From assembly GCA_048268105.1 (NCBI GenBank), contig JBLWWH010000004.1, positions 89,209 through 153,208 of the forward strand: a stretch of 64,000 nucleotides of DNA, given 5' to 3'. The notes beneath the pieces were generated by a model, which searched no databases, was not told the DNA's origin, and saw only the letters and a program-made list of their open reading frames with translations. The position numbers and the translations under genes were made by a program. This stretch comes from Weeksellaceae bacterium (GTDB lineage Bacteria > Bacteroidota > Bacteroidia > Flavobacteriales > Weeksellaceae). Numbering within the stretch: the first letter of the stretch is position 1; each line of letters starts with the position of its first letter. Below are positions 39,026-49,014 of this stretch, piece after piece.

Positions 39026-39817
39026 TTATTTCTTAATTAACTTCTTTGTTACAGTGTTTTTACCGTCCGTAGCAGTAACTAAATATAATCCTGCAGGTAA
39101 ATTAGAAACATCGATTCCATTAGCATCGTATGCTACTTTAGAAACTTGCTTACCGCTTAAGTTTGTTAAAGTAATTTGAACTTTGCTGGTGTTAAAATTA
39201 TCACCTAAATTAACCTTTACTACATCAGTAGCTGGGTTAGGGAATAAAGATAAGTTGCTCTTAGATGCAGTTAAATCATTAGTAGATAATGTTTCAGCAA
39301 CTACTTTTACATCGTCAATAGAGATGTAATCCATATCAATTACGTTATGGTGTCTGAAAGCAATATAAACCTCAGGTTCTCCTGCAAATGCAGATATATC
39401 TAATACCTTATCTACGGGTTGACCTGTGTTCCCTGCATCTCCTAAAGTTTCCGACATTTGAGTTTCAGAAGCTAATAAGTCAACTGTAGAATTAGATGTT
39501 GCAACATATACAGAATAATGCTCCTCATCCCATGCAGCAGCAGGAACTTGAGTGATGTATTGTAGGGTGATTGTACCAGAAGCGGATGATAAATCTATAG
39601 CTGGAGAAATAGCCCAATTATCTGGAGTTAATGGAACACCTTGCCATGATCTAGAAGTTAATGACATTGGAGTTACAGGATTTCCTAATTGATCAGTAAC
39701 TTGATAAATATCCCAATTTTCGCCATCCATATCAGCATCGATCAACGTCCAATCAGAAAGATCTTCATCATTGAAATCATCCATCCAAATGGTTGATTGA
39801 GAATAACCGAAAAGCAT
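39026..39817 (-). CDS. T9SS-CTD cargo protein (paralogue of the 8419-9360 gene); N-terminal signal peptide disrupted by a frameshift in an 8-nt homopolymer (possible pseudogene or phase-variable gene; intact reading would extend to 39857)
   Basis: The C-terminus VFPNPATDVVKVNL...LPAGLYLVTATDGKNTVTKKLIKK is a T9SS CTD. The ORF as called starts at MLFGYSQ and lacks a signal peptide. With one fewer T in T8 (39847-39854), an upstream ATG at 39857 gives MKKTLLSLSLIGGMLFGYSQ in frame. Confidence 0.55.
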   Translation of the reverse strand: MLFGYSQSTIWMDDFNDEDLSDWTLIDADMDGENWDIYQVTDQLGNPVTPMSLTSRSWQGVPLTPDNWAISPAIDLSSASGTITLQYITQVPAAAWDEEHYSVYVATSNSTVDLLASETQMSETLGDAGNTGQPVDKVLDISAFAGEPEVYIAFRHHNVIDMDYISIDDVKVVAETLSTNDLTASKSNLSLFPNPATDVVKVNLGDNFNTSKVQITLTNLSGKQVSKVAYDANGIDVSNLPAGLYLVTATDGKNTVTKKLIKK

Positions 39818-39960
39818 GCCTCCGATTAACGAAAGGCTAAGTAAAGTTTTTTTTCATAATATAATTTCTATTCTAAGCTACCAAGATTAGAAAATATTCT
39901 ATATGAAAACAAATTAATGCATCATAGGTGCTAACTTTATAACTTATTCCTGACTTAATT

Positions 39961-42900
39961 CTATTCCTTTATCATAACATTCAGTCCATCGCTATGCGCT
40001 GTGAATTCTGGTGCATACATGTTTTGTAATTGGGTAATTCCATTCGAGAAATTACCAGCATTGTTGGCTCTTAAATCATATTCAAACACATAAACACCTT
40101 TGGGTAAATAATCGATAAAGAAATTTGTTGTCGCGTCTCTTGTACTTTCATAATAGCCTAAACCATCTTGCCATTTAAAGGTACTCAACACATTCACGGG
40201 TTCAAATCCACTCGCGCGCATATCTTTGATATGAACAAATTCCATCGCTCTATCGGTTTGAATTTCTAATCGAACTTTTACCAAATCGCCGATTTCAATC
40301 GGAGCATTTTCGGTTATTTCAAAGAGCTTAGGACCTTGTGGCGTGTTTTTCTGAATAAACAATTGCTTTTTAAACTTAACATTCGTTTCAGCATTTGTGA
40401 TTTTATCTAAATCCTCAAAATACTGCCAATACATCGCGCCCCAAGCAACTCCTGGAGAAGATTTCTCTACTTCGATTTTACCCATTTCTGGTGTGATTTC
40501 ACCTTTGCTCCAGCTTTCTTTTACATAACCACTACCAGATTGAACGTCGGTAGAAGGATTTGTGTTGGCATCATACCAAATAGTATTTCCAACTTTTACC
40601 TTAATTCCATCCTCTGCATTTGTCCAGTCTTTTCCAGTGTTCATTAAGGCATAAACGGCTTCGGTTGTTGCTTTGGTAGAGTTCCATTGATTAGTCTGTT
40701 TATTCTTCAGTAACCACACTTTCATGCTTTCTACGCTTTCCATATCTTTTGGCGTAATCTCATCAAATGCCTCTATTAACAAGGCTTGTGTTTCAACAGG
40801 AGCTTCAAACCATCGGTAACCACTCACATTTTCTTTCCAATACATGCCCATTTCATCTGACTCAACCGAGCGGTCTTTAATAGAAAAAACTAAATCTTTG
40901 GCTTTTTTCTCGTGACCAAATCTATGAAGAGTTAGGGCTAAAAGGGCTTGCGTGTTCAATGCACGATCATATTTTCCTTTATCTAATTCGGTTAAGAAAT
41001 AGTCTTTAGCTTTGCTTAGTTTATTACTTAATGGGTGTGATTCCAAGAAAAAACTTCTAGCATATAACCAATACAAACCATCATAATCACTCAAGAAATA
41101 ACGCTTTTTATCCGCTTGGAATTTATCCCATTTTTTCTCCATTTCATTATCTATAAACTCAATGGCTAATTCTGGAATACTTTCTAAATCTATCGAGATT
41201 TCTGAGTTCTCACTTATGCCCATTTTGGCTAAATGTCCAAATCCAGCTACAATATGTGTTGTGATATAAACATTTTCTTTTCCACCTTCAAACCAAGCAA
41301 AACCTCCGTTTTCTGATTGTTTTTGCTCTAATTTTCTATAGGTATCCTTCAACTCACTGCGCATTTTATTTAAATCAAATAAAACTGCAATTCTCTTCAT
41401 TTGTTCGGTTTCACTTTGCGCATCTCTCACCCAAGGCGTCTCTTCTAAAAGTATATTTTTAAGTTCTTGATTCTCTTCCAAAGGTGAGATTAATTGTCCT
41501 TTACGATTCCAGTCGTCAAAAACAGCTTTAATTTTTGGATTCGAATTTACAATGGATTGAGAAATTAAATTTCCATAAAAACGTGCAAAAACCTGCTCTG
41601 AACAATCATACGGATACTCACGTAAGTAAGGTAGAGCCATCACTGCATACCAAATCGGATTGGTGGTCATTTCCATCGTCAGCTTGAAATTATCTCGCGT
41701 AGCTGAGGTGGTATTCATCAACTTATCAAAAGTGAAGGTTTTTGATTGGTTTTCTCTCACATGGATCGGCATGGTTTCGGTTACCAGCATTCTATTCGTA
41801 AGAATCGGTAAAGCGTTTTCCTCTCCATCAGAAAACTCACCCGTGCTTGCTATCACTCTATAAACTACCGACTGAACTTCGTCTACGTTCGGAACTTCTA
41901 AAGTCCAAGAGACCGTTGAATTTCCTCCAGCTTCAACATCAAAAGTTTGCTGAGATTGGTTCAAGTTAAATTTAGCTTCAATCGGCTGCATGCTAAATGC
42001 GTCAAAAAGCACTAATTGCGCATCACCACTTAAAGCTTTCTCCGAAAGATTGATGATTTTGGTTTTAAAAATAACTTCATCACCTTCTCTGAAAAATCTT
42101 GGTGCATTCGGAACTACCATCAATTCTTTCTGGGTTACAACATCTGCCTGAAAAACTCCGGTTTTTAAATCTTGCGTATGCGCCACCGCTTGAAAATTCC
42201 ATTGGGTTAAACTTTCGGGTGAAGTGAATTCAATTTTCACATTTCCGTTGGCATCTGTTTTTAAATTCGGAAAGAAAAAAGCAGTTTCTTGTAGGTTCTT
42301 ACGTGCTTGAACTTGACTCAAATCTTGTTTTGGCATTGATGATTCTTCAGTTGTAATAACAACAACTCCATTTGCACCTTTTGAACCATAAAGTGCAGTG
42401 GCATCCGAACCTTTTAAAACTGTTATGTTGGCTACATTCATTGCTTCAGCTTCTTTCTTAGAAACTATTCTTCCGTCCACAACATATAGTGCTTCATCAG
42501 AAACGTTGAGGCTATTTAATCCTCTTAATACCATTTTTTTATCTCTTGCTGAATCTTCTATATTCACCCCTGCAACTTCTCCTTCCAAAGCTGCATCCAT
42601 TGTACTTTCTTCCATGACTGGCGCAGGTGCCGCTGCTTTCATCGAATACATGATTTGATGTCTTCTAAATTCATTCAAGGTTAAACCAAATAAATTTAAA
42701 TCTTCAAAGTTTAATGTAGGATAGGTTGTATAATTACGATAATATATTTGATTAAAATAGGTCTTTTGATCAGTCTGCCAATTGTTAAATGAAGAATAAT
42801 TAGACGCGAAAGGGGAGAAATCATAAGGATTTGTCACAAATTCATCTAGCGATTTATCATACATTCCCGCAAGAACTTCTGCTAAGAATTTATCTCCTTT

Positions 42901-45900
42901 TTTATCTTTTATATTTAAAGTCCAAGTTTCATTTTGACCTGGTTCTAGTTTATTTCTTAAAGTTTCTACCGTGAAATCAAGTTGCTTGTTTTCATAAGGA
43001 ACTTGAATCCCAATAGTTTTGGACGTGGATTGATTGAATTTATTAAAATAAACGTGCACAAACACACCTCCGCGATAATCTTCTTTGATAGGAAATCTAT
43101 AATTTTTTGAATTATTGAGTTGTAGAATTTGCTTTTGAACAATTTCTCCATTGGCTTCTAACTCCACCAAAACATGTGCATCTTCCGCATCTGATATAAA
43201 TGTGATTTCTGCCGTATCATTTGGTTGAAGTGAATAATTTTTTAAAACTACATCAAAATAGGAATTCTGTTCCGTCATTTCATTTGGATTAAAAACTTCT
43301 ATGACTTTTATGGTTTCAATGGTATCATTATTAACCATAGAAATCGCTTTTAATTCATATAGTCCCACTGGAATTTTCTGATTCCAAGAGATTGAATCTG
43401 AGGTGACTGTATTCCATTGTTGGGTTAAAATCTTATCGCCACGGGGTTTATTTTCCAACAAATGTTCGTTGTCATAGGCGATATAAGGTAATTTCGATAT
43501 AAATTCTTGTTTTTCAAGTAATTCATAGTCCACTTTGGTCTGGTCTGATCGTAAAACACGCTCCAGTTTCTGAATTTCTGTAATACTGAATTCCCCAGAA
43601 GCATCTGTATCTAGACCGTTGAGATTTTGTGCAGAAATCTTGATTTTATTAAAATCTTCGACGGTGATTTTATCTTTCACCAAAAGGCTCAGGGTAAGAG
43701 GAATATCTCCAATGCGCACATTTTCTTCTACCGAATGAGTTTCTCCAGAAATATCGGTAACATCGGCAACAATGCGATAAGAATATGCTCTTTTTCCTTC
43801 TTTTTCGGATTCTTTGGGTAAGGCGGTGAAATCAAATTCAAAAATTCCATTTTCATCGGTAGTGGTTTCACCCGAAATCATGTCAACTTCTTCGTTATAA
43901 ATCGGTCTCCACCACCAGCCATAAGGATTATAACTTTTTCTAAAAACACGATAAACAACTTTAGCATCAGAAACATTGGCGCCCGAAAAAGTTGTGGCTT
44001 TCCCGCTCACTTTTACTTGTTGATTTAATTTATAAACACTTTTCAAACTATCCAACTCAACTTGAAATTTGGGTCTTTTATATTCTTCCACTTGAAAGGC
44101 ATAGTAGTTGTCATCCGACCAATCGTCACTAATTTCGAATTCTCCTGTTAGACCAGAAGTGGGAAGCACAAATTCACCATGAACAGAACCAAATTCATTA
44201 GAAATTAAATTTAAAGATGTAATCTCCTCAGAATTAGCATCATTCAATGAGATTTCAATAGACTCATTTTTTGCGATTCGTCTTTCCTTGCCTTTGGATT
44301 GATATAATATACCTTTGAAATAAACGGTTTGTCCGGGACGATAAATCGAACGATCGGTAAAGATTTTTAATTGATTTATCCAATCATCCTTTTTGGCATC
44401 GTTGCGATGATAGGAGTAAGGATTGACCAAAAGAAGAGTTTCTTCCTGTGCGACTTGAATCGCATAATTTCGGTCATAATTTCTAGAAATTTTATTTAAT
44501 TTAACTCGTCCAAAATCATCTGTGGTTAAAGTTTCAATTTTATTAAAAGGAGCATTCTTAACCGATTCTAATAAAGAAACACTTTGATTTTTTAAAGGTA
44601 AACCCGTAGATTTCTCCAACAATTGAACTTCTCTCTCAGAAGAAGTTTCACCTGTTAAAATTCTCGAAGCCAAATCTATATGGGTAGAATTCATGGCTGC
44701 TTGAAACAATTGATGATTAATTTCTCCTTCAAAATTTTCATTATCAGAGATTAAAACAATATAATTTCCTGAGGGTAGCGGCGGAAAAGGAAAGTGAGTG
44801 GTATGACTTTGATAATCGCTAAATTCGTTGAGTTCAATTGAATTTTTTAAAACAACATCGCCAACAATTTTTAATTTTTTTGTTTTATAATCGTAATCAA
44901 AACCGCTGATATTTTTTGCAAACTGACTGTTGTTGAGTTGATAGACGCGATAGAATATTTTGTAGAGGTTGGTATGAGAAATATTCAAAGGATTATATTG
45001 ATTCGCAAAAAAACTTCCGTCTGTGGAAAAATGTAACTGCGGAATCTCAATTTCTTTTTGAATTGCGAGAGCTCGTTGCGCTCCAAAGGTTTTTGGAAAT
45101 CTTTTTTGAGCTATTTGTGTAACTTCAACCGCTTCTACCAGTTTATTTTCTGACTTTAATTCGGTGGCTAAGCTCGCTAGAATATTGGTGGACCAAGTTT
45201 CATTTTTAAAATCTTGGTCAAGTTTTTTCAATGCTGCAATTATATCAAAAGTGGCAGAATTTTGTTTTAAATAATAAAGTTGATCGATATGATTTTGAAT
45301 TAAAGCACTTTTATCTTTATCATTTTTATGTATTTGAATTAAATCGGCATAAATTTTTTCAATCTTGGCTTTTTTCGCGTTTTGATCGAATTCCTGTGCA
45401 TCAAATCGGCGGTTTTCAAAAATTTTAAGTGCGCGTTTTGCCAATATATCATATAGCGTTGGCTGCAGAAAACGATATTCCTTTTCACCCTGAAGCAAAA
45501 GTGCAATTTGGCTCACATTGCTACCATAAAGTTGATTTTTTTGACTTATAGAAGCTTGTAGAAGAGTATCAATTTCTTTCAAGAATTTCTCTGTGGTCCA
45601 AGTTCTAAAATCGGTAGAAGTATTATCGGCAACATCGGTTCTATTTTGAAAACGATAATAATTTTCTTGATAATAGTTAAAATATAATTCCGCCAAAATG
45701 GATTGCAAAACAGACTTTTCGAGACCTTTATTTTGTTCAATTTCTTGTAGAATTTCATTTTGAGTTTGAATAACAATATTTTCATCATCAGAAGTTTGAA
45801 CAGCAATATTGGATTTAAAAATCAAGGCTTTAATCAAATCATCGGTTTGATTTTCTGCTTTAGCCGCCTCATAAATTTCGTTTAAAAGAGGAGAAAGTTG

Positions 45901-46023
45901 TTTTAGTTTGCCTTGATCGAGTTGGGTTTGAACGTCTTTCCATTTTTGAGAAAAGGGATATTCCTGAGCCATCATAGGTAGTGAAATAATTAAAAAACCG
46001 AGAATATAGAGAAACTTGCGCAT
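39961..46023 (-). CDS. Bacterial alpha-2-macroglobulin-family protein (thioester-containing, 2020 aa, secreted)
   Basis: The signal peptide is MRKFLYILGFLIISLPMMAQ. The thioester motif PYDCSEQV (CSEQ) is at nt 41593-41604. Repeated MG-like beta domains are present. A plug/CarboxypepD_reg-like insert is present (VLKGSDATALYGSKGANGVVVITT). Confidence 0.78.
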   Translation of the reverse strand: MRKFLYILGFLIISLPMMAQEYPFSQKWKDVQTQLDQGKLKQLSPLLNEIYEAAKAENQTDDLIKALIFKSNIAVQTSDDENIVIQTQNEILQEIEQNKGLEKSVLQSILAELYFNYYQENYYRFQNRTDVADNTSTDFRTWTTEKFLKEIDTLLQASISQKNQLYGSNVSQIALLLQGEKEYRFLQPTLYDILAKRALKIFENRRFDAQEFDQNAKKAKIEKIYADLIQIHKNDKDKSALIQNHIDQLYYLKQNSATFDIIAALKKLDQDFKNETWSTNILASLATELKSENKLVEAVEVTQIAQKRFPKTFGAQRALAIQKEIEIPQLHFSTDGSFFANQYNPLNISHTNLYKIFYRVYQLNNSQFAKNISGFDYDYKTKKLKIVGDVVLKNSIELNEFSDYQSHTTHFPFPPLPSGNYIVLISDNENFEGEINHQLFQAAMNSTHIDLASRILTGETSSEREVQLLEKSTGLPLKNQSVSLLESVKNAPFNKIETLTTDDFGRVKLNKISRNYDRNYAIQVAQEETLLLVNPYSYHRNDAKKDDWINQLKIFTDRSIYRPGQTVYFKGILYQSKGKERRIAKNESIEISLNDANSEEITSLNLISNEFGSVHGEFVLPTSGLTGEFEISDDWSDDNYYAFQVEEYKRPKFQVELDSLKSVYKLNQQVKVSGKATTFSGANVSDAKVVYRVFRKSYNPYGWWWRPIYNEEVDMISGETTTDENGIFEFDFTALPKESEKEGKRAYSYRIVADVTDISGETHSVEENVRIGDIPLTLSLLVKDKITVEDFNKIKISAQNLNGLDTDASGEFSITEIQKLERVLRSDQTKVDYELLEKQEFISKLPYIAYDNEHLLENKPRGDKILTQQWNTVTSDSISWNQKIPVGLYELKAISMVNNDTIETIKVIEVFNPNEMTEQNSYFDVVLKNYSLQPNDTAEITFISDAEDAHVLVELEANGEIVQKQILQLNNSKNYRFPIKEDYRGGVFVHVYFNKFNQSTSKTIGIQVPYENKQLDFTVETLRNKLEPGQNETWTLNIKDKKGDKFLAEVLAGMYDKSLDEFVTNPYDFSPFASNYSSFNNWQTDQKTYFNQIYYRNYTTYPTLNFEDLNLFGLTLNEFRRHQIMYSMKAAAPAPVMEESTMDAALEGEVAGVNIEDSARDKKMVLRGLNSLNVSDEALYVVDGRIVSKKEAEAMNVANITVLKGSDATALYGSKGANGVVVITTEESSMPKQDLSQVQARKNLQETAFFFPNLKTDANGNVKIEFTSPESLTQWNFQAVAHTQDLKTGVFQADVVTQKELMVVPNAPRFFREGDEVIFKTKIINLSEKALSGDAQLVLFDAFSMQPIEAKFNLNQSQQTFDVEAGGNSTVSWTLEVPNVDEVQSVVYRVIASTGEFSDGEENALPILTNRMLVTETMPIHVRENQSKTFTFDKLMNTTSATRDNFKLTMEMTTNPIWYAVMALPYLREYPYDCSEQVFARFYGNLISQSIVNSNPKIKAVFDDWNRKGQLISPLEENQELKNILLEETPWVRDAQSETEQMKRIAVLFDLNKMRSELKDTYRKLEQKQSENGGFAWFEGGKENVYITTHIVAGFGHLAKMGISENSEISIDLESIPELAIEFIDNEMEKKWDKFQADKKRYFLSDYDGLYWLYARSFFLESHPLSNKLSKAKDYFLTELDKGKYDRALNTQALLALTLHRFGHEKKAKDLVFSIKDRSVESDEMGMYWKENVSGYRWFEAPVETQALLIEAFDEITPKDMESVESMKVWLLKNKQTNQWNSTKATTEAVYALMNTGKDWTNAEDGIKVKVGNTIWYDANTNPSTDVQSGSGYVKESWSKGEITPEMGKIEVEKSSPGVAWGAMYWQYFEDLDKITNAETNVKFKKQLFIQKNTPQGPKLFEITENAPIEIGDLVKVRLEIQTDRAMEFVHIKDMRASGFEPVNVLSTFKWQDGLGYYESTRDATTNFFIDYLPKGVYVFEYDLRANNAGNFSNGITQLQNMYAPEFTAHSDGLNVMIKE

Positions 46024-46487
46024 AAGATGGTGTGTAATAATCTGTGTTTATAGTTAACAATTTTATTGCCAAGGTTTTATATGAAGAGTGAAATTGGGGT
46101 TTTTAGGATTAAAAAAGTTGATTATTTATATAATTTTTTAAATTTTTGATTTTAGCTCATGAAGATTCCGAAAACAAAATTAGACAACCTAAAATTTTGA
46201 CTTCGGAGCGCGCGACAAGGATTGAATGGAAATCCTTGTGGTTGGGTTGGCGTACAAAAAACGTGTTCTAGCGGTGGCGCGAAGCAAACCGCTGGAACAT
46301 GATTTTTTGTGCCAACCCAGCCATAAGATTGGAATGAAAGCCTGGTTTTGATTTATCTTTGCGATTCATTTTAGGTTGAAAATGGATAGAAAAAAGATAA
46401 ATCAAAAGTCGCCCAACTTATTATGATTCAAATCTATTTGCAATCTGTGCACGAAAAATGTGAAATAAACGTTATTTTTATTTAGAT

Positions 46488-48965
46488 TTGTTACTTATGA
46501 CAAAAAGAGCTTTATCGGTTGCTATTTTAATGGTTTTGTTTGTGTTATCTGCTTGTTCTGCAAGTAAAGATAGCATGAAGAATAGAGCTTATCACAACAT
46601 GACGTCATGGTTTAACACCCTTTTTAATGGTCAAGTTGCGATGGATCAAAAACTTGATGAGCTAAAATCTGGGCATAAAGATGATTATTTCCAGACCTTG
46701 CCTGTTGAGCCATATGGTGAATTTGTTGCAGATGATAGTCCAGAAATAATGCAGGCACCTGTTGGTGTGGGTAGAGGCCCAAATCTAAAGACTGGGAATT
46801 TATTAAACAACGAAAGCAGCTCCAAAACTGGTTTTGCTAAAGCAGAAGAAAAAGCGCTAAAAGTGATCGCTAATCACTCCATGAATATTAAGGGGAAAGA
46901 ACGTAATAAGTTGATTTCTAGAGCTTATTTAATGCTAGGGCAGGCAAGGTATTACCAAGGTAAACCTTTTCAAGCTATGGACGCGCTTCAGCAAGTTCAA
47001 GGATTGCCATTTGATAAGCATAAAGAAGAATCTAAATATTATGCTGCTTTAGCTCAAGTACAGGCTGGAAACGATTTTGCAGCAATGGAAGTACTAGATG
47101 AATTATATCAAAATAAGGATATTAAAAAAGATCTAAAATCTAGAGTTGCCAAGCATTTAGCATGGAAATTCTATGAAGAGGGCGAAAATGAAAGTGCTCT
47201 AAATGGTTTAGATACAGCGATTAAATATTCAAAAAATAGAAATGAAAAGGCACGTTTAAATTTCATTCAAGGTCAGATTCTGACCGAAATGGGTAAATAC
47301 GACGAGGCGAATGCTAAGTTTAATAAGTCTTTTAAATTAAAACCAGGCTTTGAAATGGAAGCTCGGTCGCAAGTCGCTGTAGCAATGAATTTTGATCCTA
47401 TGTTGCATGATTATAATAGCTATAAAAAGAGGTTGATGAAGTTGGTTAATACAGGAACCTATGCAACTTATAAAAATGAGTTTTTCTACGCTTTAGGTCA
47501 ACTCGAAGAAAAAAGAGATTCTCTTGGCTTAGCGCAGGAAGCCTATACCATGGCATTGAACGAAAAGATGTCTGATCCTAGGTTTAGAGCGGAAACTTAT
47601 GCAGCGATAGGACAAATTAAGTTTAATGCGTCTGATTATGTTTATGCAGGAGCATATTATGATTCTGCCGTAACCTCCATAACCGAAGGTCCTAGAAAAG
47701 TTGAATTGACGAAGTTTAGAGATAACCTTAGGTCAGTAATCGATAAGTATTATTTAGTTCAGAGAAACGATAGTATTCTTAAATTAGTTGCCATGCCCGA
47801 GGCGGATAGAAATACTTTCTTTAATAATTATATAGAAGATTTAAAGAAAAGAGACGAACAGAAGCAAAGAGAGGAGGAGGAGCAAGCTACCCAATTCCTA
47901 ACACAGACCAAAGGAGGAAACTTCGGTAGTGGTTTTGATCAGGGAGATGGTAAATTCTATTTCTATAGTAGCTCGGCTAAGTCTCAAGGTGAATCAGAAT
48001 TTAGAAGAATTTGGGGCGATAGATCTCTGAAAGATAATTGGAGACTTTCTTCTACCGGAAGCACCATCGAAGATCAAAAGGCTGAACTGACAGGAACAGC
48101 AAATCTTAACAATCCACGTAGATATGAGTTGGCGTATTATTTAGAGCAAATTCCGAGTTCGCAAAGAGCGATTCATGATTTAAAAATGGAACGTGATACG
48201 ACGGAATTATCTTTGGGGATGGATTATTTTGATAAATTCAAGGATACCAAGCTAGCAACTAATACCTTAGAACATTTAGTGAATACTCCGCCCAAAGAAG
48301 ATGAGGTCTTATTGAAAGCTTTATATAATTTATACCGCGTGAATGCTGATAACAATTTAGCTTTAAGCGAGAAATATAAAAACAAGGTTCTAGAAGAATA
48401 TCCAAATACCATATATGCTGAGTTTATTTTGAACCCGCAAAGTGATTTCTCTGAAGAAAATAGTCCAGAAGTTATAGCCTTATACCTAGAAACTTATGAT
48501 GCTTATAAAGAAGAGGAATTTGATTTGGTGAAAGAAAATGCGATGCAAGCCTTCGAGGAGTTTCCCATGGCTAAAATTATTGCAAAGTTTGCCCTATTAA
48601 ATGCCTATGCAGATGCAGCTCTATCCGGCGAGGAGCAATATAAAGCCGGTTTAGAACGAGTGATAATTTTATACCCAGGTACAGATGAGGCTAAACATGC
48701 CCAAAGTTTATTGGATAAATTGGACGGTAAAAACAAAGTTCAACCGCCTGCTTCAAAGCAAGAAGAGTCTAAAAAATTAGCGGAAGACGCGAACGAGAAA
48801 AGGTTACAACAAGAACAGGAATCTCAAAAGCTCATTGAAAAACAAAAGCGTGATATACTCGAAGGCAAAAGTGCGGAGTTAGATCCTAGCCCTCGAAAAA
48901 TTCAAATGAAATCCGATGACAAGGTCAACCCCAAAACTAAATCTCAGATCAGAAGAGAGAGATAA
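46488..48965 (+). CDS. TPR-repeat lipoprotein, SprE/PorW-like (T9SS/gliding-associated) candidate
   Basis: The lipobox is FVLSAC. Multiple TPR-like helical repeats are present. The C-terminal tail is K/E/Q-rich. Size and architecture resemble SprE/PorW, but the assignment is tentative. Confidence 0.5.
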   Translation: MLLMTKRALSVAILMVLFVLSACSASKDSMKNRAYHNMTSWFNTLFNGQVAMDQKLDELKSGHKDDYFQTLPVEPYGEFVADDSPEIMQAPVGVGRGPNLKTGNLLNNESSSKTGFAKAEEKALKVIANHSMNIKGKERNKLISRAYLMLGQARYYQGKPFQAMDALQQVQGLPFDKHKEESKYYAALAQVQAGNDFAAMEVLDELYQNKDIKKDLKSRVAKHLAWKFYEEGENESALNGLDTAIKYSKNRNEKARLNFIQGQILTEMGKYDEANAKFNKSFKLKPGFEMEARSQVAVAMNFDPMLHDYNSYKKRLMKLVNTGTYATYKNEFFYALGQLEEKRDSLGLAQEAYTMALNEKMSDPRFRAETYAAIGQIKFNASDYVYAGAYYDSAVTSITEGPRKVELTKFRDNLRSVIDKYYLVQRNDSILKLVAMPEADRNTFFNNYIEDLKKRDEQKQREEEEQATQFLTQTKGGNFGSGFDQGDGKFYFYSSSAKSQGESEFRRIWGDRSLKDNWRLSSTGSTIEDQKAELTGTANLNNPRRYELAYYLEQIPSSQRAIHDLKMERDTTELSLGMDYFDKFKDTKLATNTLEHLVNTPPKEDEVLLKALYNLYRVNADNNLALSEKYKNKVLEEYPNTIYAEFILNPQSDFSEENSPEVIALYLETYDAYKEEEFDLVKENAMQAFEEFPMAKIIAKFALLNAYADAALSGEEQYKAGLERVIILYPGTDEAKHAQSLLDKLDGKNKVQPPASKQEESKKLAEDANEKRLQQEQESQKLIEKQKRDILEGKSAELDPSPRKIQMKSDDKVNPKTKSQIRRER

Positions 48966-49014
48966 GCTTCAATTTGATGCTAATAAGATTCAGTAATTCG
49001 CTAGAAATGGTGCT

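Noticed and set aside
46200-46330. Possibility that the structured intergenic element is SRP (4.5S) RNA or a cobalamin/other known riboswitch
   Set aside because: By eye it lacks the conserved SRP domain-IV GGAA/AGCAGC core, the B12-box and other diagnostic motifs. It is left as an unassigned structured element rather than called as a known ncRNA.
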